Positions 22,428 to 37,045 of a stretch of DNA of 39,372 nt are shown piece after piece. A program made the position numbers and the translations under genes. The stretch's first letter is position 1. Each line of letters starts with the position of its first letter. Where the stretch lies: assembly GCA_026026165.1 (NCBI GenBank), contig JAPEUD010000083.1, forward strand, positions 62,001-101,372, given 5' to 3'. Source of the DNA: Sarea resinae (Eukaryota). The notes beneath the pieces were generated by a model, which searched no databases, had not been told where the DNA came from, and was given only the letters and a program-made list of their open reading frames with translations.

Positions 22428-23539
22428 TATCGGCGTCTAGGTGGTGGGCTTTCTTTCCTGGGTTTGGTCGTGGGAACGGGGGCATATAAATGATGATGGT
22501 GGCTGCTCCCGGAGTCGGGCATCTTCAAGGACTTTCTGTGGTAGTCATACTTGGCGTCTTTCTGGTGGAGGAAAGCTCAAAGGCAATCTTTTTTTTTTGC
22601 CCTGCGACATCTAACCTCATCAAATAGTATTGCTCAATCAAAGCGATTTAAAGGAGGCTCGAACTTGTCACCAGGGGTTTCCCCTGCTTCATGTCACTTT
22701 TCTCTCGTAACTGTCTAGATTTCGTCACTCGTAACTGCTTGGCTGAGCCTCAATTTACAGAAAACCCGCGCATGGAGGATTTGCTGCATATTAGTGTATC
22801 AATCTGCCTATCTGGGTCTTCGTCCTGGTTTGCCCGTACTCTAGATAGTAGATATCTCGTAGAAACAGCAGGCCATTCTGCCCGCCAGTCGATAGATGCA
22901 GCTTCGACTTTCTTAAGTAACTACTACCCTGATGAACCGTGCGGACAGGCTCCAAGAGATGTATGGGGTACCTCAAGATCGTCGACGGGTAGGCTAGTAT
23001 GAGTATCGCCTAGTACGTCTAGTTTCCCGCCTTACCGCTTTCGATCAATTCTCCAGTTACCAATACCCAGGCACTCCCCTCGTCAAATCGAGGTTGCAGT
23101 TCGCGACGTTCGAAGCAATCACCGCGTACTGACTGTCGAGCAGGACCATTGACCAGTCGCTCCTTCAAGACTCACCCACAACTATCCATCAAGCACTACC
23201 AGCGATCTGTCTTAGTCGCGCATGGCCATATATTCTGCAGGCAGTGCCACACTCGAACCTTGACCTGTTCTTCTTTCCTTCACCATTCACTACGGCGTTC
23301 CAATTCACATTTTCCGGGGAGTGAATGATTACCTTGCTCATTCACTGCAGATTCGTCGTGGAACACAGTCACAGCTTTTCTTGCTCCCAGGATCGAACAG
23401 CGAGAGCAGCCAGATCTACTACCCATGATCGTCTTCAACTTGCAGTAGATTCAATTGCGCGGACCAACCCTGCCAGCCTCACGGCTTGGCCCAGGAAGTT
23501 TGCTGTCGGGGCTCTCTCCTCGACAACATTACCATAAAG

Positions 23540-26500
23540 ATGGCGGAGAGGAGCATCGAAATCTTCGCGACGCGGTTGGGGGATCCTAGCCTTGGTAAGC
23601 ATCAAGAGGAGCCGTTTGGCCGAATCTTGGGCGTCTTTGCTCATAGACGGTCTGCTAATCCTGTATGCTCCCAGATATCAAGCTCAAGGTGACTGTCGCA
23701 ACCGAGCTGAGAGATGCCATTGAGTTTACCTGCCAAGGGGCGACTTACCCCATATTTCTAAAGAAATTGATGCCAGTGCTCATCAAGTTGCTCGAAAGTC
23801 CGCCAGTCTTTATAAGTAATTCTTGGGAGCAGGTAAAATCAACCGTCGTCATACCATGCTTTATGCATCGAGCGCTAATTCCTTTCTTCTTACAGAAGCT
23901 CCGAAATTGCGTCTTAGAGATAATCCATCGCCTGCCAATGAATCCACCAGAAGCTCTCGAACCCTACGCCGCGGAAATTGTTGACCTGCTCATGGGACTG
24001 GTCAGGGTGGAAAATGAAGATAATGCGGTGCTTTGCATGAAAACGATCATGGACTTCCAGAGGAATCAGCAGAAGGTTCTTGAGAAAGACAAAGTCCAGC
24101 CGTTTCTCGACCTGATACAGGAGATGTTCCAGACGATGGAGCAAGCGGTGAAGGACACCTTCGACAATCCTGCTCAAGGCGCAGTACCATCGACCCCAAA
24201 CAATTCGCAAAACTTTCAGTCTCCTCGGCCAGGATCGCCTATTGCTTCAGGTCCGGACCTCAATGTCGAGCAACAGACCGCTCGTCCGCTACTGAAGGGG
24301 ATGCAATCCTTCAAGGTTCTTGCAGAGTGCCCGATCATTGTCGTCTCTCTGTTCCAAGCACATCGAAGTTACGTCCACAAAAATGTCAAAGAATTTATCC
24401 CTCTCATCAAGGGAGTATTGATGCTTCAAGCTAAGCCGCAAGAACGAGCGCATGCCGAAGCAAAAGCACAAGGGAAGGTTTTCACTGGAGTCAGCAAGGA
24501 CATCAAGAACCGTGCCGCCTTTGGGGAGTTCATTACAGCTCAAGTCAAGACGATGAGCTTTCTAGCCTATCTTTTACGGATGTTTCACCAGCAGCTGCAG
24601 GACTTTCTGCTGATCTTGCCCGATATCGTTGTCCGGCTTCTGAAAGACTGTCCGCGTGAGAGATCGGGAGCACGCAAAGAATTGCTAGTTGCCATCAGAC
24701 ATATCATCAACTTCAATTTCCGGAAGATATTCTTGAACAAAATAGACGAATTGTTAGATGAACGGACTTTGATTGGCGACGGGTTGACAGTGTACGAGAC
24801 GATGAGACCGCTGGCATACAGTATGCTGGCTGATCTGATCCATCATGTGCGAGACTCACTCAACCGAGATCAAATCCGTCGGACCATTGAAGTGTACACA
24901 AGGCATCTACATGACGACTTCCCCGGCACCAGTTTCCAGACTATGAGCGCAAAACTACTCTTGAATATGGCCGATTGCATTGCAAGGCTCGAGAACAAAC
25001 AAGAGGCCCGTCATTTTCTCATAATGATTTTGGACGCAATAGGAGACAAATTTGCTTCTATGAACAGGCAATACCACAACGCTGTCAAGCTCACGAAATT
25101 ACATTCCCAGCAGTCGATCAATGCTGAGCCGGAAGACTACCTTGCAGATAAAAATTCACCCCCGGATTGGGATGACATCGACATATTCAACGCTACACCA
25201 ATCAAGACTTCCAACCCCCGGGACCGTGGTGCAGATCCTGTGGCCGACAACAAGTTCCTATTCAAGAACCTGATGAACGGGCTAAAGAATATGTTTTACC
25301 AGCTCAAGGCTTGCAATCCCCAGCCTCAGCCCATAGATCCTTCAAACGCGCCTCAGAATTGGCAAGATGTCTCTTACGGTTATAATGCCGAAGAGGTCGA
25401 AGTTATCACAAAACTCTTCCGAGAAGGTGCACACGTTTTTCGTTATTATAGTCTTGAGAAGCCACCAACGGAAACTCAGTACTCTTCGCCTGTGGAGTTC
25501 CTTGCAAATCATTACATGGTGTCAAGTGGAAAAGAGGAAAAGGACCTTCTTGAGACTTTTGCCACCGTTTTCCATTGCATTGACCCTGCAACCTTCCACG
25601 AAGTCTTCCACTCGGAGATACCGAGGCTGTATGAAATGATGTTTGAGCATACTGCACTGCTACATGTGCCTCAATTCTTCTTGGCCAGCGAGGCTACGTC
25701 ACCAAGCTTTTCTGGTATGATCTTACAATTCCTCATGGACCGTATTGAAGAGGTTGGCACCTCCGACGTGAAAAAGTCATCGATTTTGCTGCGGCTGTTC
25801 AAGCTGAGTTTTATGGCGGTCACTCTCTTTTCTTCCCAGAACGAGCAGGTTCTTCTGCCTCACGTCACGAAAATAGTGACGAAGTCAATCCAGCTCTCGA
25901 CAACTGCAGAGGAACCCATAAATTACTTTCTTCTGCTCAGATCACTTTTCCGCAGCATCGGTGGGGGAAGGTTTGAGCATCTGTACAAAGAGATACTCCC
26001 TCTTCTGGAGATGCTCCTAGAAGTCCTAAACAATCTCCTGATGGCAGCCCAGAAGCCTCAAGAACGAGACCTTTACGTGGAGCTCGTCTTGACTGTTCCT
26101 GCACGTCTGAGTAATCTTCTGCCACATCTCAGCTATCTCATGAGACCGCTCGTTGTAGCTCTGCGAGCTGGGTCTGACCTTGTGGGCCAAGGACTGCGGA
26201 CACTGGAGCTCTGCGTGGATAACCTCACGGCTGACTATCTCGATCCGATAATGGCACCGGTCATCGATGAATTGATGACCGCGCTATGGGACCACCTCCG
26301 GCCAAGCCCGTATAGCCACTTCCATGCTCACACTACAATGAGAATTCTTGGAAAACTTGGCGGTCGGAATCGAAGATTCTTGAGTGGGCCGCCTCCTTTG
26401 ACCTTCAAGCAATTTGCAGACGATGACTGCAGCATTGACATTAGGTTGATCGGATCTTCTAAGGAAAGAGCATTTCCAGTAGACGTTGGGATAGACTTGG

Positions 26501-29500
26501 CTGTTTCTAAATTGATGGAGGTTCCAAAGGCTGCAGCTGCTAAAAAGTCTGACGGCTTCTACAAGCAGCAAGCCTTTCGCCTATTGAGCTCTCAGCTGAA
26601 GCTCTACATCGGGTTCGACAACTTGCCCGACGACTTTGCGCAAATTTTGCGGCTCCAAGCAAACGATTTGCTCGAGGCAAAATATGATACTGCTTCAGAT
26701 CTCATGGAAAAGTCAGAGCGCGAGAAATCTATATTCAAGAAAGAAGCTCAAGAGCAAACTTTGAAAAAGCTCCTGAAAGCCTGCCTATTTGCTGTCTCAT
26801 TACCGGAGGTGACAGTCACCGCTGCTGCCTTGATTGCCGATATCTGCCGGCATTTCACTATTCTCGAGATTGGACGAGCTTTAGCTCAGGCGAAGCATGT
26901 GCGAAAGCCGTTCGACGTCAGATCTGGAGAAGGAGCTATGTATATCGACACTCGAGTCTTTGCCGATGCGCTCTTGGAATCCCTCTCGTCTGACAACTCA
27001 CTGGTCCGGGAGGCGTCTGAGAACGCAATTCAAGTCATTTACGATTCAGCTGAGCTTATCTTTGGCTCGGCAGATAAGGTCCATAAACTTCCGTTCTTCA
27101 TCCATCTTGCGAAGACTTTCTGCCACGGCTGTCATGAAGAGGAGTGGTTCACTAAAGCTGGTGGAAGTCTGGGAATTGATATATTTGCACGCAGGCTTGA
27201 CCTTGGAGACGCATGGATGGCAGACCGGCAAATCGAATTTGTCCGTGCCCTGATGTATGTGATGAAAGACATGCCTCAGGACCTTCCTGCGAGTACTAGG
27301 AGCCACGCCCAGAGGACTCTCGAAGTTCTCTTGCGGAGGTGTAATAAGAATGTGTCCAAAGAAGACATCAAATCCCCACAGAGCAGGCTCTTCAATCTCT
27401 GCGGCTTCCTCGTCTATGAGCTAGCTCATCTCAATAAGCATGTCAGAGAAGCTGCACGAAAAGGGTTTACAATTATAGCCGAGGTGATCGGAGCCGAAGT
27501 CCACGAGCTGCTGTCTCCAGTCAAAGACCGCCTTTTACAGCCCATCTACAACAAGCCCTTGCGTGCTCTTCCCTTTGCGGTGCAGATCGGTTATATCGAT
27601 GCTGTAACGTTCTGCCTAGGATTGCAACACAACATCGTCGAGTTCAACGAGAACTTGAACCGACTCTTGATGGAGTCGTTGGCACTGGCTGATGCTGAAG
27701 ATGATAATCTAGCCCCAAAGCCCAATGAATCGCGCACGGCAGAGTCGATTGTCAACCTTCGAGTTTCTTGCATCCAATTACTCTCTATGGCTATGGGTTT
27801 CTCCGAATTTGGCAACTCACCTCAGAATCAAAGTCGACCGCGCATCATATCGGTATTCTTCAAGTCATTGTACTCGAAATCAACAGAAGTCATCGACGCT
27901 GCGAACGCAGGTCTGAAAGGAGTCCTAATGCTGACGAATAAGCTCCCAAAAGATCTTCTTCAAAACGGTTTACGGCCAATTCTGATGAATCTGCAAGATC
28001 CTAAGCGACTGAGTGTAGCTGGACTCGACGGACTTGCGCGTCTCCTCACCCTCCTTACGAATTACTTCAAGGTAGAGATTGGTGCTAGGCTTCTGGACCA
28101 CATGAAGACGATAGCGGATCCTGTCGCATTACAAAGGATCTCGTTCAGCTTGGTCGAGCAAAATAATCAAATGAAGGTGGTAGCAGCGATACTCAACATC
28201 TTCCACCTCCTTCCTCCAGCAGCGATTACTTTCATGGAGGGACTTATTAATAAGGTTTTGGAACTTGAAGAAAAACTTCGAAGAACACACTACAGTCCTT
28301 TCCGCGAGCCGCTCATCAAGTATCTAAATCGCTATCCGAAAGAGACTTGGGCTTTCTTCTCCGCAAGGCTTCATGAGATGAAGTACGGACGGTTCTTTGC
28401 GCAGATCCTCCCGGATCATGGAAGTGGCCCACTGCGCGAATTGCTGGTCGGGGATCTAGATGGAATCCTGAAGGCGTCTTTGGATCTAGGAGATCCCGAG
28501 AAACGGTATCCGGCATCCATAAACGCTGTTCATGCAATCCATTCAATCTGTGTCTCGGCTAAATCCAGCCATTGGATAGTCTCGCATGATGTCCTTCGAC
28601 AGCGGCTCTTATCCATGGGTAAGGAGCTGGCTAGCAGACGCGCTGACGATACTATCTCACCGGATCTTCGACTTGCTGTGGGCCAGGCCGAAGACCAGCT
28701 AATGGAAATCCTTACCACTTACCTGAGGCAGTCCCCCGATGATATCGATTTCTTGCTGGAACTGATTGACGCAGTGGCGTTGGAAGAAATCAAAGCTGGC
28801 CATTCAATCTTCCAGTTCATATACGAGACCATTATTTCTAGTGAGTCAGTTGATTACTGGCGCAGCATCATCATACGTTGCCTCGATCTTTTCGCTGGTC
28901 GTAATGCGACCCAGAAAACGAAGACGTTTCTCTTTCACTACTTAGTCAACCCGATATTTGCCATGGACGTTATGCGAAATTGGAATCCTCTTAGTGGTTC
29001 TTCGAAAGGATCGAAACTTATGGACAAGGCCATGACGGAGGCCATTCACAACAAGCTTTGGAGGCCTCAGCTTGGTGATATCGCGGAAGATACAGGGCAG
29101 CCTGGAGTTGACCATTCTCGTATGGAACTTCTCCAGTTCTCGGCCTTCCTGATCAAGTACCATCACAATTTGGTACAGGATGCTCGCAAAGATATCATCA
29201 AGCTCGGATGGAACTACATACGTCTCGAAGACATCATCAACAAGCACGCGTCGTACGTCCTTATCGCCTACTTCATAGCTCACTATGAGACGCCATCAAA
29301 AATTGTCGTCCAGATCTATGTCGCGCTTCTGCGTGCTCACCAGAACGAAGGCCGCTCTCTGGTGACCCAAGCTCTCGAATTAATGGCTCCTGTACTGCCG
29401 AAGCGAGTAGCCAGCAGCAACGATGTCCGAATCCCAATCTGGGCGAAATGGCCAAGGAGGATACTGACGGAAGAAAGCTCAAACCTGCAGCAATTGATGA

Positions 29501-32500
29501 GCATATTCCAATTCCTTGTCCGACATCCAGATCTCTTCTACGAAGCAAGGGAGCAGTTCATCCCTGTCATTGTACCTTCTCTGGCAAAGATTGCGCCGCC
29601 ATCGAATACATCAAATGACAGCAAGAAGTTAGCACTAAACCTCATCAACTTAATTTGGCATTGGGAAGAGAGGCGAGTTAAAGGACCGGACCCCTCTGTC
29701 GCTCGTGCCCCTTCCGATTCACCTCAGTCGCAGTCGAAGAAGCGCAAACTTGACGGCACCGTCGTAGGATCAAGCTCACCCGTACCTAGTTTGGCGCCAC
29801 CATCGACCGCTGAGCGAGCAGACTACACCATCTCAGTTCCTTTGAAGATGGTTCTCGTAAAATACCTAGTACAGTTCATCATCGCGCTTCCCGAGCGATA
29901 TCCCGTCCCTCCAGCAAAGGCAAAAGAGCCTGTTAGTTCTTCGACTCAGCAACCTATTCCTTCTAGTGAGATGTGCGCAAAGGCACTACGACTCTTCCAA
30001 GACCTCCTGTCTCCAGAATACTGGGGAGATCTAGACCTAGATCTTTTCCCCAAAATAACGGAGACAATCCTAGTCTCCGAGAAGACAGATAAGTCAGACG
30101 AAAAGATTATTACGAGTATCATCAACACGTTACAAGTTGTACGTGTTATTGTGAATACGAAGTCGGACGAGTGGATAGTGGAGCATCTGCCCCATCTTCA
30201 GAAACTTCTGGAAAAGGTCCTTCGATCAGAAAACGCTGAAATTCAGAGCTGCCTGCATTCGTCGGAAGAATCGATTGAACAAGGGCGTAACCTGAGACCC
30301 TTGATCGACCGCATTCTGGGAGCCGTTCCAGACGATCATCCGGATGAAGAAGATCCGGACTCAGAGACACCTAATTCGGAATTTGTCACGTTTCTGTCTG
30401 CAATCGCGACGGAGACTCTGTCTTCAGGGAATCATCTGTCCAGCATCAATATTCTATGGACGCTATCTAAGCATAGGCCTTCGGAAATAACGCAGCATAT
30501 AACCCAGGTCATGAAAGCCCTCCAACAAAAGCTGGCCAAAGATCACGTTGCTGCTTATAGCGCGGTGCCCCTTCAAGCGGGAGGAACTCCGTCTCAGCGA
30601 CCGGGTGAACCTCTGGCATCCACCACGCCAGACCCTCAGGAATTGGAGATCCAGACGGATCTTATCTTGAAGACCATCGAACTATTAGCTCTTCGCATGT
30701 CAGATCTCGGCGAACAACGCCGCCCATTCCTAAGTGTACTGGCTTCTCTAGTGGAGAGGTCTCAGAACATAACCTTATGTCTAAAGATCCTCGACCTAGT
30801 GGAGTCTTGGATCTTCCGATCGAATGAAACATTTCCGACGCTAAAGGAAAAAACTGCTGTTCTACACAAGATGCTTCTATTTGAGACGAGAGCCGACCCA
30901 ACATTGCTCAATAAGTTCTTAGAACTTATCATTCGCATTTACGAAGATCCAAAGATAACTAGGACTGAGCTAACAGTACGACTTGAACATGCTTTCTTAG
31001 TCGGTACAAGGGCGCAGGATGTCGATATGAGGAACCGTTTCATGTCTATCTTTGATCGGAGTTTGACGCGAACGTCCACTTCAAGACTGAACTATGTGCT
31101 CACATGTCAGAATTGGGAAACCCTCGCAGATTCATTCTGGCTAGCTCAAGCATCTCAATTGGTGATGGGTTCTATCGAGATGGCCACACCAGTTCGACTA
31201 CACTCGGATGATTTCAAAACTTTGCCAGCATCTGCTTTGTTTGGGAATTATACAAAGAGCAACCGAAAAGAAAGTGTCATGCTCGATAATCACTTCGAAG
31301 ATTTCATGGCCGCCCACAAGCGCTTCTATATGGATATCGGTGACGTCAAGGTTCGAGACTTGCTCGAACCTCTTGGGCAGCTGCAGCATGCCGACCCGAA
31401 TCTATCCCACCAGATATGGGTAGCCCTGTTTCCTTTATGCTGGTCTGCCCTTACAAAAGAAGATCGAACTGACCTGGAGAGGGGAATGGTAACGTTGCTG
31501 GCGAGGGACTACCATCAACGGCAAATAGACAAACGCCCAAATGTTGTTCAGTCGCTCCTGGAGGGCATCGTCAAAGCCAAGCCAAGGTTTAAGTTTCCAC
31601 CTCACGTGATGAAATTTCTCAGCCAAACCTATGATGTGTGGTATATTGCGGCTACTTCGTTGGAGGAGAATGCCAATAACCCTCCGATTGATACGCCATC
31701 CGCGCGGGAGAGTAACCTCGATGCACTCGTTGAGGTATATGCGTCTCTCCAAGAGGACGACCTGTTCTATGGTGCCTGGAGGAGACGATGTCAATTTGTC
31801 GAGACAAATGCAGCCTTGTCCTACGAGCAAAATGGTATGTGGGATAAGGCACAGCAGATGTACGAAGCCGCCCAGATCAGAGCTCGAACAGGAACTATTC
31901 CTTTTTCACAGGGGGAGTACATGATTTGGGAAGACCACTGGGTTTTTTGTGCCAAGAAACTGCAGCAATGGGAAATCTTGAGTGATTTCGCCAAGCATGA
32001 AAATTTCAATGATCTTCTGCTCGAGTCTGCCTGGCGGAATCTTGACACTTGGACTAGTGCTGAGAATCGGGAGCAGCTCGATTCGATTATCAAAGCGGTT
32101 TCGGACGCGCCAACGCCTAGACGGACATTTTTCCAAGCTTTCATGTCATTGCTGAAACTTCACGCCAAGACAGAGACATCCCAGGACTTCAGTAGGCTCT
32201 GTGACGAGTCCATTCAACTCTCTATCAGAAAATGGCATCAACTGCCGAAGCGTATAACAAATGCTCACATACCAATCCTACAGAACTTTCAGCAATTAGT
32301 TGAGCTCCACGACGCAAGTGTTATCTGCGCGAGCCTTGCGCAGACAAATCAACAAAATCTGGATACCAAATCACAGGAGCTCAAGCTTCTCTTAGGCACC
32401 TGGCGAGACCGTTTACCCAATGTTTGGGATGATATTAATGCGTGGCAAGACCTCGTTACCTGGCGGCAGCACATATTCCAGCTCATTAACGGAACATATC

Positions 32501-35335
32501 TAAATCTACTGCCCCCACAGCAGAATACCGCAACTGGCAATTCTTATGCCTATCGAGGTTACCACGAGACGGCCTGGATAATCAATCGCTTTGCGCATGT
32601 GGCTCGTAAGCATCAGCTTCCGGAAGTCTGCATCAACCAGCTTAGTCGAATTTATACGTTGCCAAACATCGAGATCCAGGAGGCTTTCCTTAAGCTGCGA
32701 GAACAAGCGAAGTGCCATTACCAGAACCCGACCGAGCTGACCAGCGGTTTGGATGTTATCAACAACACAAACCTCAATTACTTCGGACAGCAGCAGAAGG
32801 CGGAATTCTTCACCCTCAAGGGTATGTTCCTGGCCAAACTTAACCACAAAGAGGAAGCAAACGATGCTTTTGGTACGGCGCTATACTACGATATTCGATT
32901 GCCAAAGGCCTGGTCCGAATGGGGATACTACAATGACCTTCTTTTCAAAGAAAATCCATCAGATATGGAACGAGCAGCTGCCGCCGTGAGCTGCTATCTG
33001 GAGGCCGCAGGTCTTTTCAAGAATGCCAAGTCTAGGAAAATGCTCAGCCGTGTCCTTTGGCTCCTGAGTCTGGACAATGCTGACGGAAAGATCTTCCAAG
33101 CTTTTGAAAATTTCAAAGGAGAAACGCCCGTTTGGTACTGGATCACTTTCATACCTCAGCTTCTGACCAGCCTCTCGCACCGAGAAGCGAGGCTTTCAAG
33201 AGCGGTTCTCATCAAGATCGCTAAAATTTACCCTCAAGCTTTGTACTTCTTGTTACGCACGAGTAGAGAGGACATGCTTGCGATCAAGAAGCAACAAGAT
33301 CAGAAGCAAGAAAAAGCAAACCGTGCGAAACAAGCGTCTCCTATGGTCAAACAGGGCTCTCCGAATAACGCACCGAACTCAGCAAATGGCCGCCAAGATA
33401 GCTCGTCAAGGCCTGCCACAGCAGGTGCGGAAAGTGCACAGAATGCCACTCAGAATGGTACCAGTATGACTCACCCTCATCCTGAGTTTCAAGGAGCCAT
33501 TGACTCGATTGATACTTATCATGTTTCAGATCCTGCTCTTGCTGGCTCTCCCAAAGTCGAGGTCAACGGTCGAAATCAAGCATCGCCAAATGGCGCAGTG
33601 TCCACTCCTGCCCCTCCACCAACGCCGAAGAAGCCTTGGGAGCTCACCGAGGAGATCATGTCTGTGCTTAAAACAGCCTTCCCTTTGCTGGCTCTGTCGA
33701 TGGAGACCATGGTTGATCAGATTCAAAAACACTTCAAGTGCCCACCAGATGAAGATGCATATCGTTTAATAGTTGCTCTGCTTAACGATGGCCTCTCGGT
33801 AAGAAATCTGATTTTGACTCACCAATTAACTTACCATAGAGGGATATTGGCTGACTCTTCAAAGTATGTCGGTCGGATGCCCACCTCTTATGCGCAGGAC
33901 GTTAAGCTACCTCCGGCCACCGAAGCCAACATCACTCGATTTGCTGAGACTATACTGCCGGCCCACATCCGTAAATCCTTCGAAGCAGATTTCGTATCAA
34001 AGAAGCCGACGATGCACGAATACATTCATAAGCTTCGCCGGTGGCGTGACAAGTTTGAAGAGAAACTTGATCGACGGCCTTCCCATCAAAACTTGGAACT
34101 GTATAGTGCCCACCTCAGCGAATTCCGCTTCCAGAAGTTTGACGAGGTCGAAGTCCCGGGACAGTATTTGCAGCTTCGGGACAAAAACCAAGATTTCATT
34201 CGCATTGAACGTTTCCTTCCAAATGTTGACCTGGTACGTGGTACTGGAGTCTGCCATCGACGACTCAAGATCAGAGGGCACGATGGCAGCTTACATCAAT
34301 TCGCCATCCAACATCCCGCTGCGCGACACTGCCGACGAGAGGAGCGAATCCTTCAACTATTTAGAATTTTCAATGGGGTCCTTGCGAAGAGAAAGGAGAG
34401 TCGACGCCGGAACCTGAACTTCCACTTACCTCTGATGGTACCTCTGGCGCCTCACATACGGATGGTGCAGGATGATCCGTCGTATGTATCATTACAAGGT
34501 GTATACGAGGATCATTGTAGAAGACACGGCATGAACAAGGATGAGCCAATTTTGTTTACGATGGACAAGCTGAGGGCGTTGACGGACATGAAGAGCAACG
34601 TGAGTGGCCCCAATGACTGTGACATCAACGTAGGCTAATTGGAAGATGAAGAAGTATCCCGATCATTCTGTCAATTTACGGATGGAAGCCTTTACGGCCA
34701 TCCAAGACAAATGGGTCCCGCATGATATTGCTCTCGAATATTTCCAGCAAACCTTCCCGGATTTCTCCGACTTTTGGCTCTTCCGCCGTCAATTCTCGTA
34801 TCAACTGGCCGCCCTAACTTTCATGACCTACGTGATGCACATGAACAACCGGTACCCGCATAAACTATCCATCGCTCGCGGGACCGGAAATATATGGGGG
34901 TCGGAGTTGATACCCGCAATGGCTGCTGGCAGGGCCTTTTTCCACAATCCGGAGCCAGTACCTTTCCGCTTGACGCCGAATTTGCAGACGCTTATGGGGC
35001 CGATTGCAACAGAAGGGATATTTTCTTGTGCCCTCATGGCTATAGCGCGATGTTTGACCGAACCCGAATTTGAGCTGGAACAACAGCTCAGCATATTCGT
35101 CAGAGACGAGATGATCTTTTGGTTCACTCAACAGCATCGCTCTGGACTGCAGGAGAACCAGATGCGGGAGACGGTGCAAGTGAACAGCGATATTATCGTC
35201 AAGAAAGCGGTGAGCCTGGCGCAACCGCCTGCCGGGAACTTGCCTGCCAATCAGACCGTGATCGACCTCATCTCAAGAGCGGTGAATCCGATGAATTTGG
35301 CGCAAAGCGATGCGCTCTGGATGCCTTATCTATGA
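23540..35335 (+). CDS. TRA1: Tra1/TRRAP PIKK-family pseudokinase, SAGA/NuA4 scaffold subunit
   Basis: Exon 1 23540-23594 ([18 protein letters not shown]); introns 23595-23674, 23833-23895, ~33464-33529, 33799-33864 and 34600-~34651. Motifs [37 protein letters not shown] region ([21 protein letters not shown]), PI3K-like region ([22 protein letters not shown]) and FATC end [12 protein letters not shown]. Confidence 0.97.
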
Positions 35336-35627
35336 GATATTTTTACCGAAACATTGCTTTCTGTGCTACAGTACTTGGCTGATTTGATGGAGTTGGTTGT
35401 CATTCTTAAGAGCCACATTAGCGGGGCGCTCTAGGAGCCTAATTGTTGCTGGCAATGGGGGGACGGGGTAAAGACTGATTTGCTATGATAGAATCTTGAT
35501 CGAATTGTATGAATGTATGCTGCAATAAAGAGTATTACAGTGAACGATGTTTCCCGGTGCTATGATCCTAGCGTCATCATGAACCCCCCAACGCCCCGCT
35601 TCTCTAACTCCGCACGCATAACACGAA

Positions 35628-36443
35628 TCACACCAGACCTGGCTTTCTCTTGATACCAAGGGCACTCGAAAGATTTTTCTTTTTCTTCGTTGTTCGCTTG
35701 AAGGCTGGAACGATTTCCGGCGGCTTATCCTCTGCGACAGGGGATGGATCCATCCCGTTGCTCACTCCACCATCGTCCACCCCCTCACCTATCCGCCGAA
35801 CTTTCTCTCCAGCCTCCGTCATGAACGCTCTTCGAGCCAGCTCCTCGTCCTCCTTCTCTTGAGCCTCCCTTTCCAGGTCTTTGGTCTCGTGTATGACGGT
35901 CAGGCCTTCTCCTCCGCGGTCCACCCTCTCATTCCTCGCATTACGGGTCCGGATCTCATCCAAGGCATCAGCAATAGCCATCTCTCTCTTGGCGTCCAAA
36001 GTCTTGGTCTCCAGCTCAGCCATGGCGTTCTTTTCCTCCTCCTCGCGCTCCAGCCGATCCAGGCGCTCCTCCTCGGTCTCGTCGTTGCCCTCGCCTTTCT
36101 CCCTCCAAGGCTCAAAGTTGCGCTTGGCGCCCTTTTCGCACGTATAGTCCATGTTCTTCGGATCGGTCTTGAAGGTGATCTCTCCGGAGCAGCGTGTGCA
36201 CCGGATGTAGAAGCGGTAGATCGAGATGGCGTAGTACTTCTCGTCCGTCGTCTCCTTGCGCGCGTTGAACTTTCGCCCCTTGTAGATGTACTCGCCGCAT
36301 GCGATGCACTTCATGCTGAAGGGCGCCATCAGCCGCACGGTCTGCTGTCTCGGTCCCGTGGGTTTCGGACCCCGGCTGCGCGCGATCTTGGACGGATCGA
36401 AGTCCGGCGGGTAGTATTTGGTCAGGACCTTGCGTTCAGACAT
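35628..36443 (-). CDS. YJU2: Splicing factor Yju2/Cwc16 (CCDC94)
   Basis: 271-aa ORF: MSERKVLTKYYPPDFDPSK...VRLMAPFSMKCIACGEYIYKGRKFNARKE...FYIRCTRCSGEITFKTDPKNMDY, the Yju2 zinc-binding domain. Confidence 0.96.
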   Translation of the reverse strand: MSERKVLTKYYPPDFDPSKIARSRGPKPTGPRQQTVRLMAPFSMKCIACGEYIYKGRKFNARKETTDEKYYAISIYRFYIRCTRCSGEITFKTDPKNMDYTCEKGAKRNFEPWREKGEGNDETEEERLDRLEREEEEKNAMAELETKTLDAKREMAIADALDEIRTRNARNERVDRGGEGLTVIHETKDLEREAQEKEDEELARRAFMTEAGEKVRRIGEGVDDGGVSNGMDPSPVAEDKPPEIVPAFKRTTKKKKNLSSALGIKRKPGLV

Positions 36444-37045
36444 GGCTGAGTCGTTGAGTCAGGAGGAGCACAGAAGATGGATTGAGAGGTGAGGCTCCCC
36501 AAACCGAGTATTGAGGCTCCGTGAATGGGATAGGCTGGTGCAGTATTCGGTCCTGGTGGGTGGCGCAGTGAGGGCTGGAGGGTGATGAAGTTGTAAGCCC
36601 GGTGGTGGATAAGGCCATCGCGAAGACTTGGAGGGGAGTCCTGCTGGATATCGGCGGGGTACCCCGATCAGAGGTAACGATGCCAGCTGAGATATCAGAA
36701 AGAGTACTTGGCGATCAGGTAGCTCAGCTCGCTCATCGCTTCCACCATGCAGTACGCAGTACTATCTCCAGCTCCCTCACGCCTCTGTATTTATTGATAC
36801 GGCAACGCGACTCACAAGCAGATCAAGGCCAACTTTAACGTCGCGGCAAAGATACGACAAACAGATACAGACACAGGCACAGACACCACGGATTCCCAGA
36901 TCAAGGTGCAATCACTCCCCATATACTACCTCCTCATTGCACCCGGCGGTGGTGTCTTGAGTACGCTACAGAAATGCCCGAGTAAAAGCGCGTCAACACC
37001 GAGCCCCCCGTCGCGATCCATGTGCGGCCTGCTGCTTCCTCGGCC

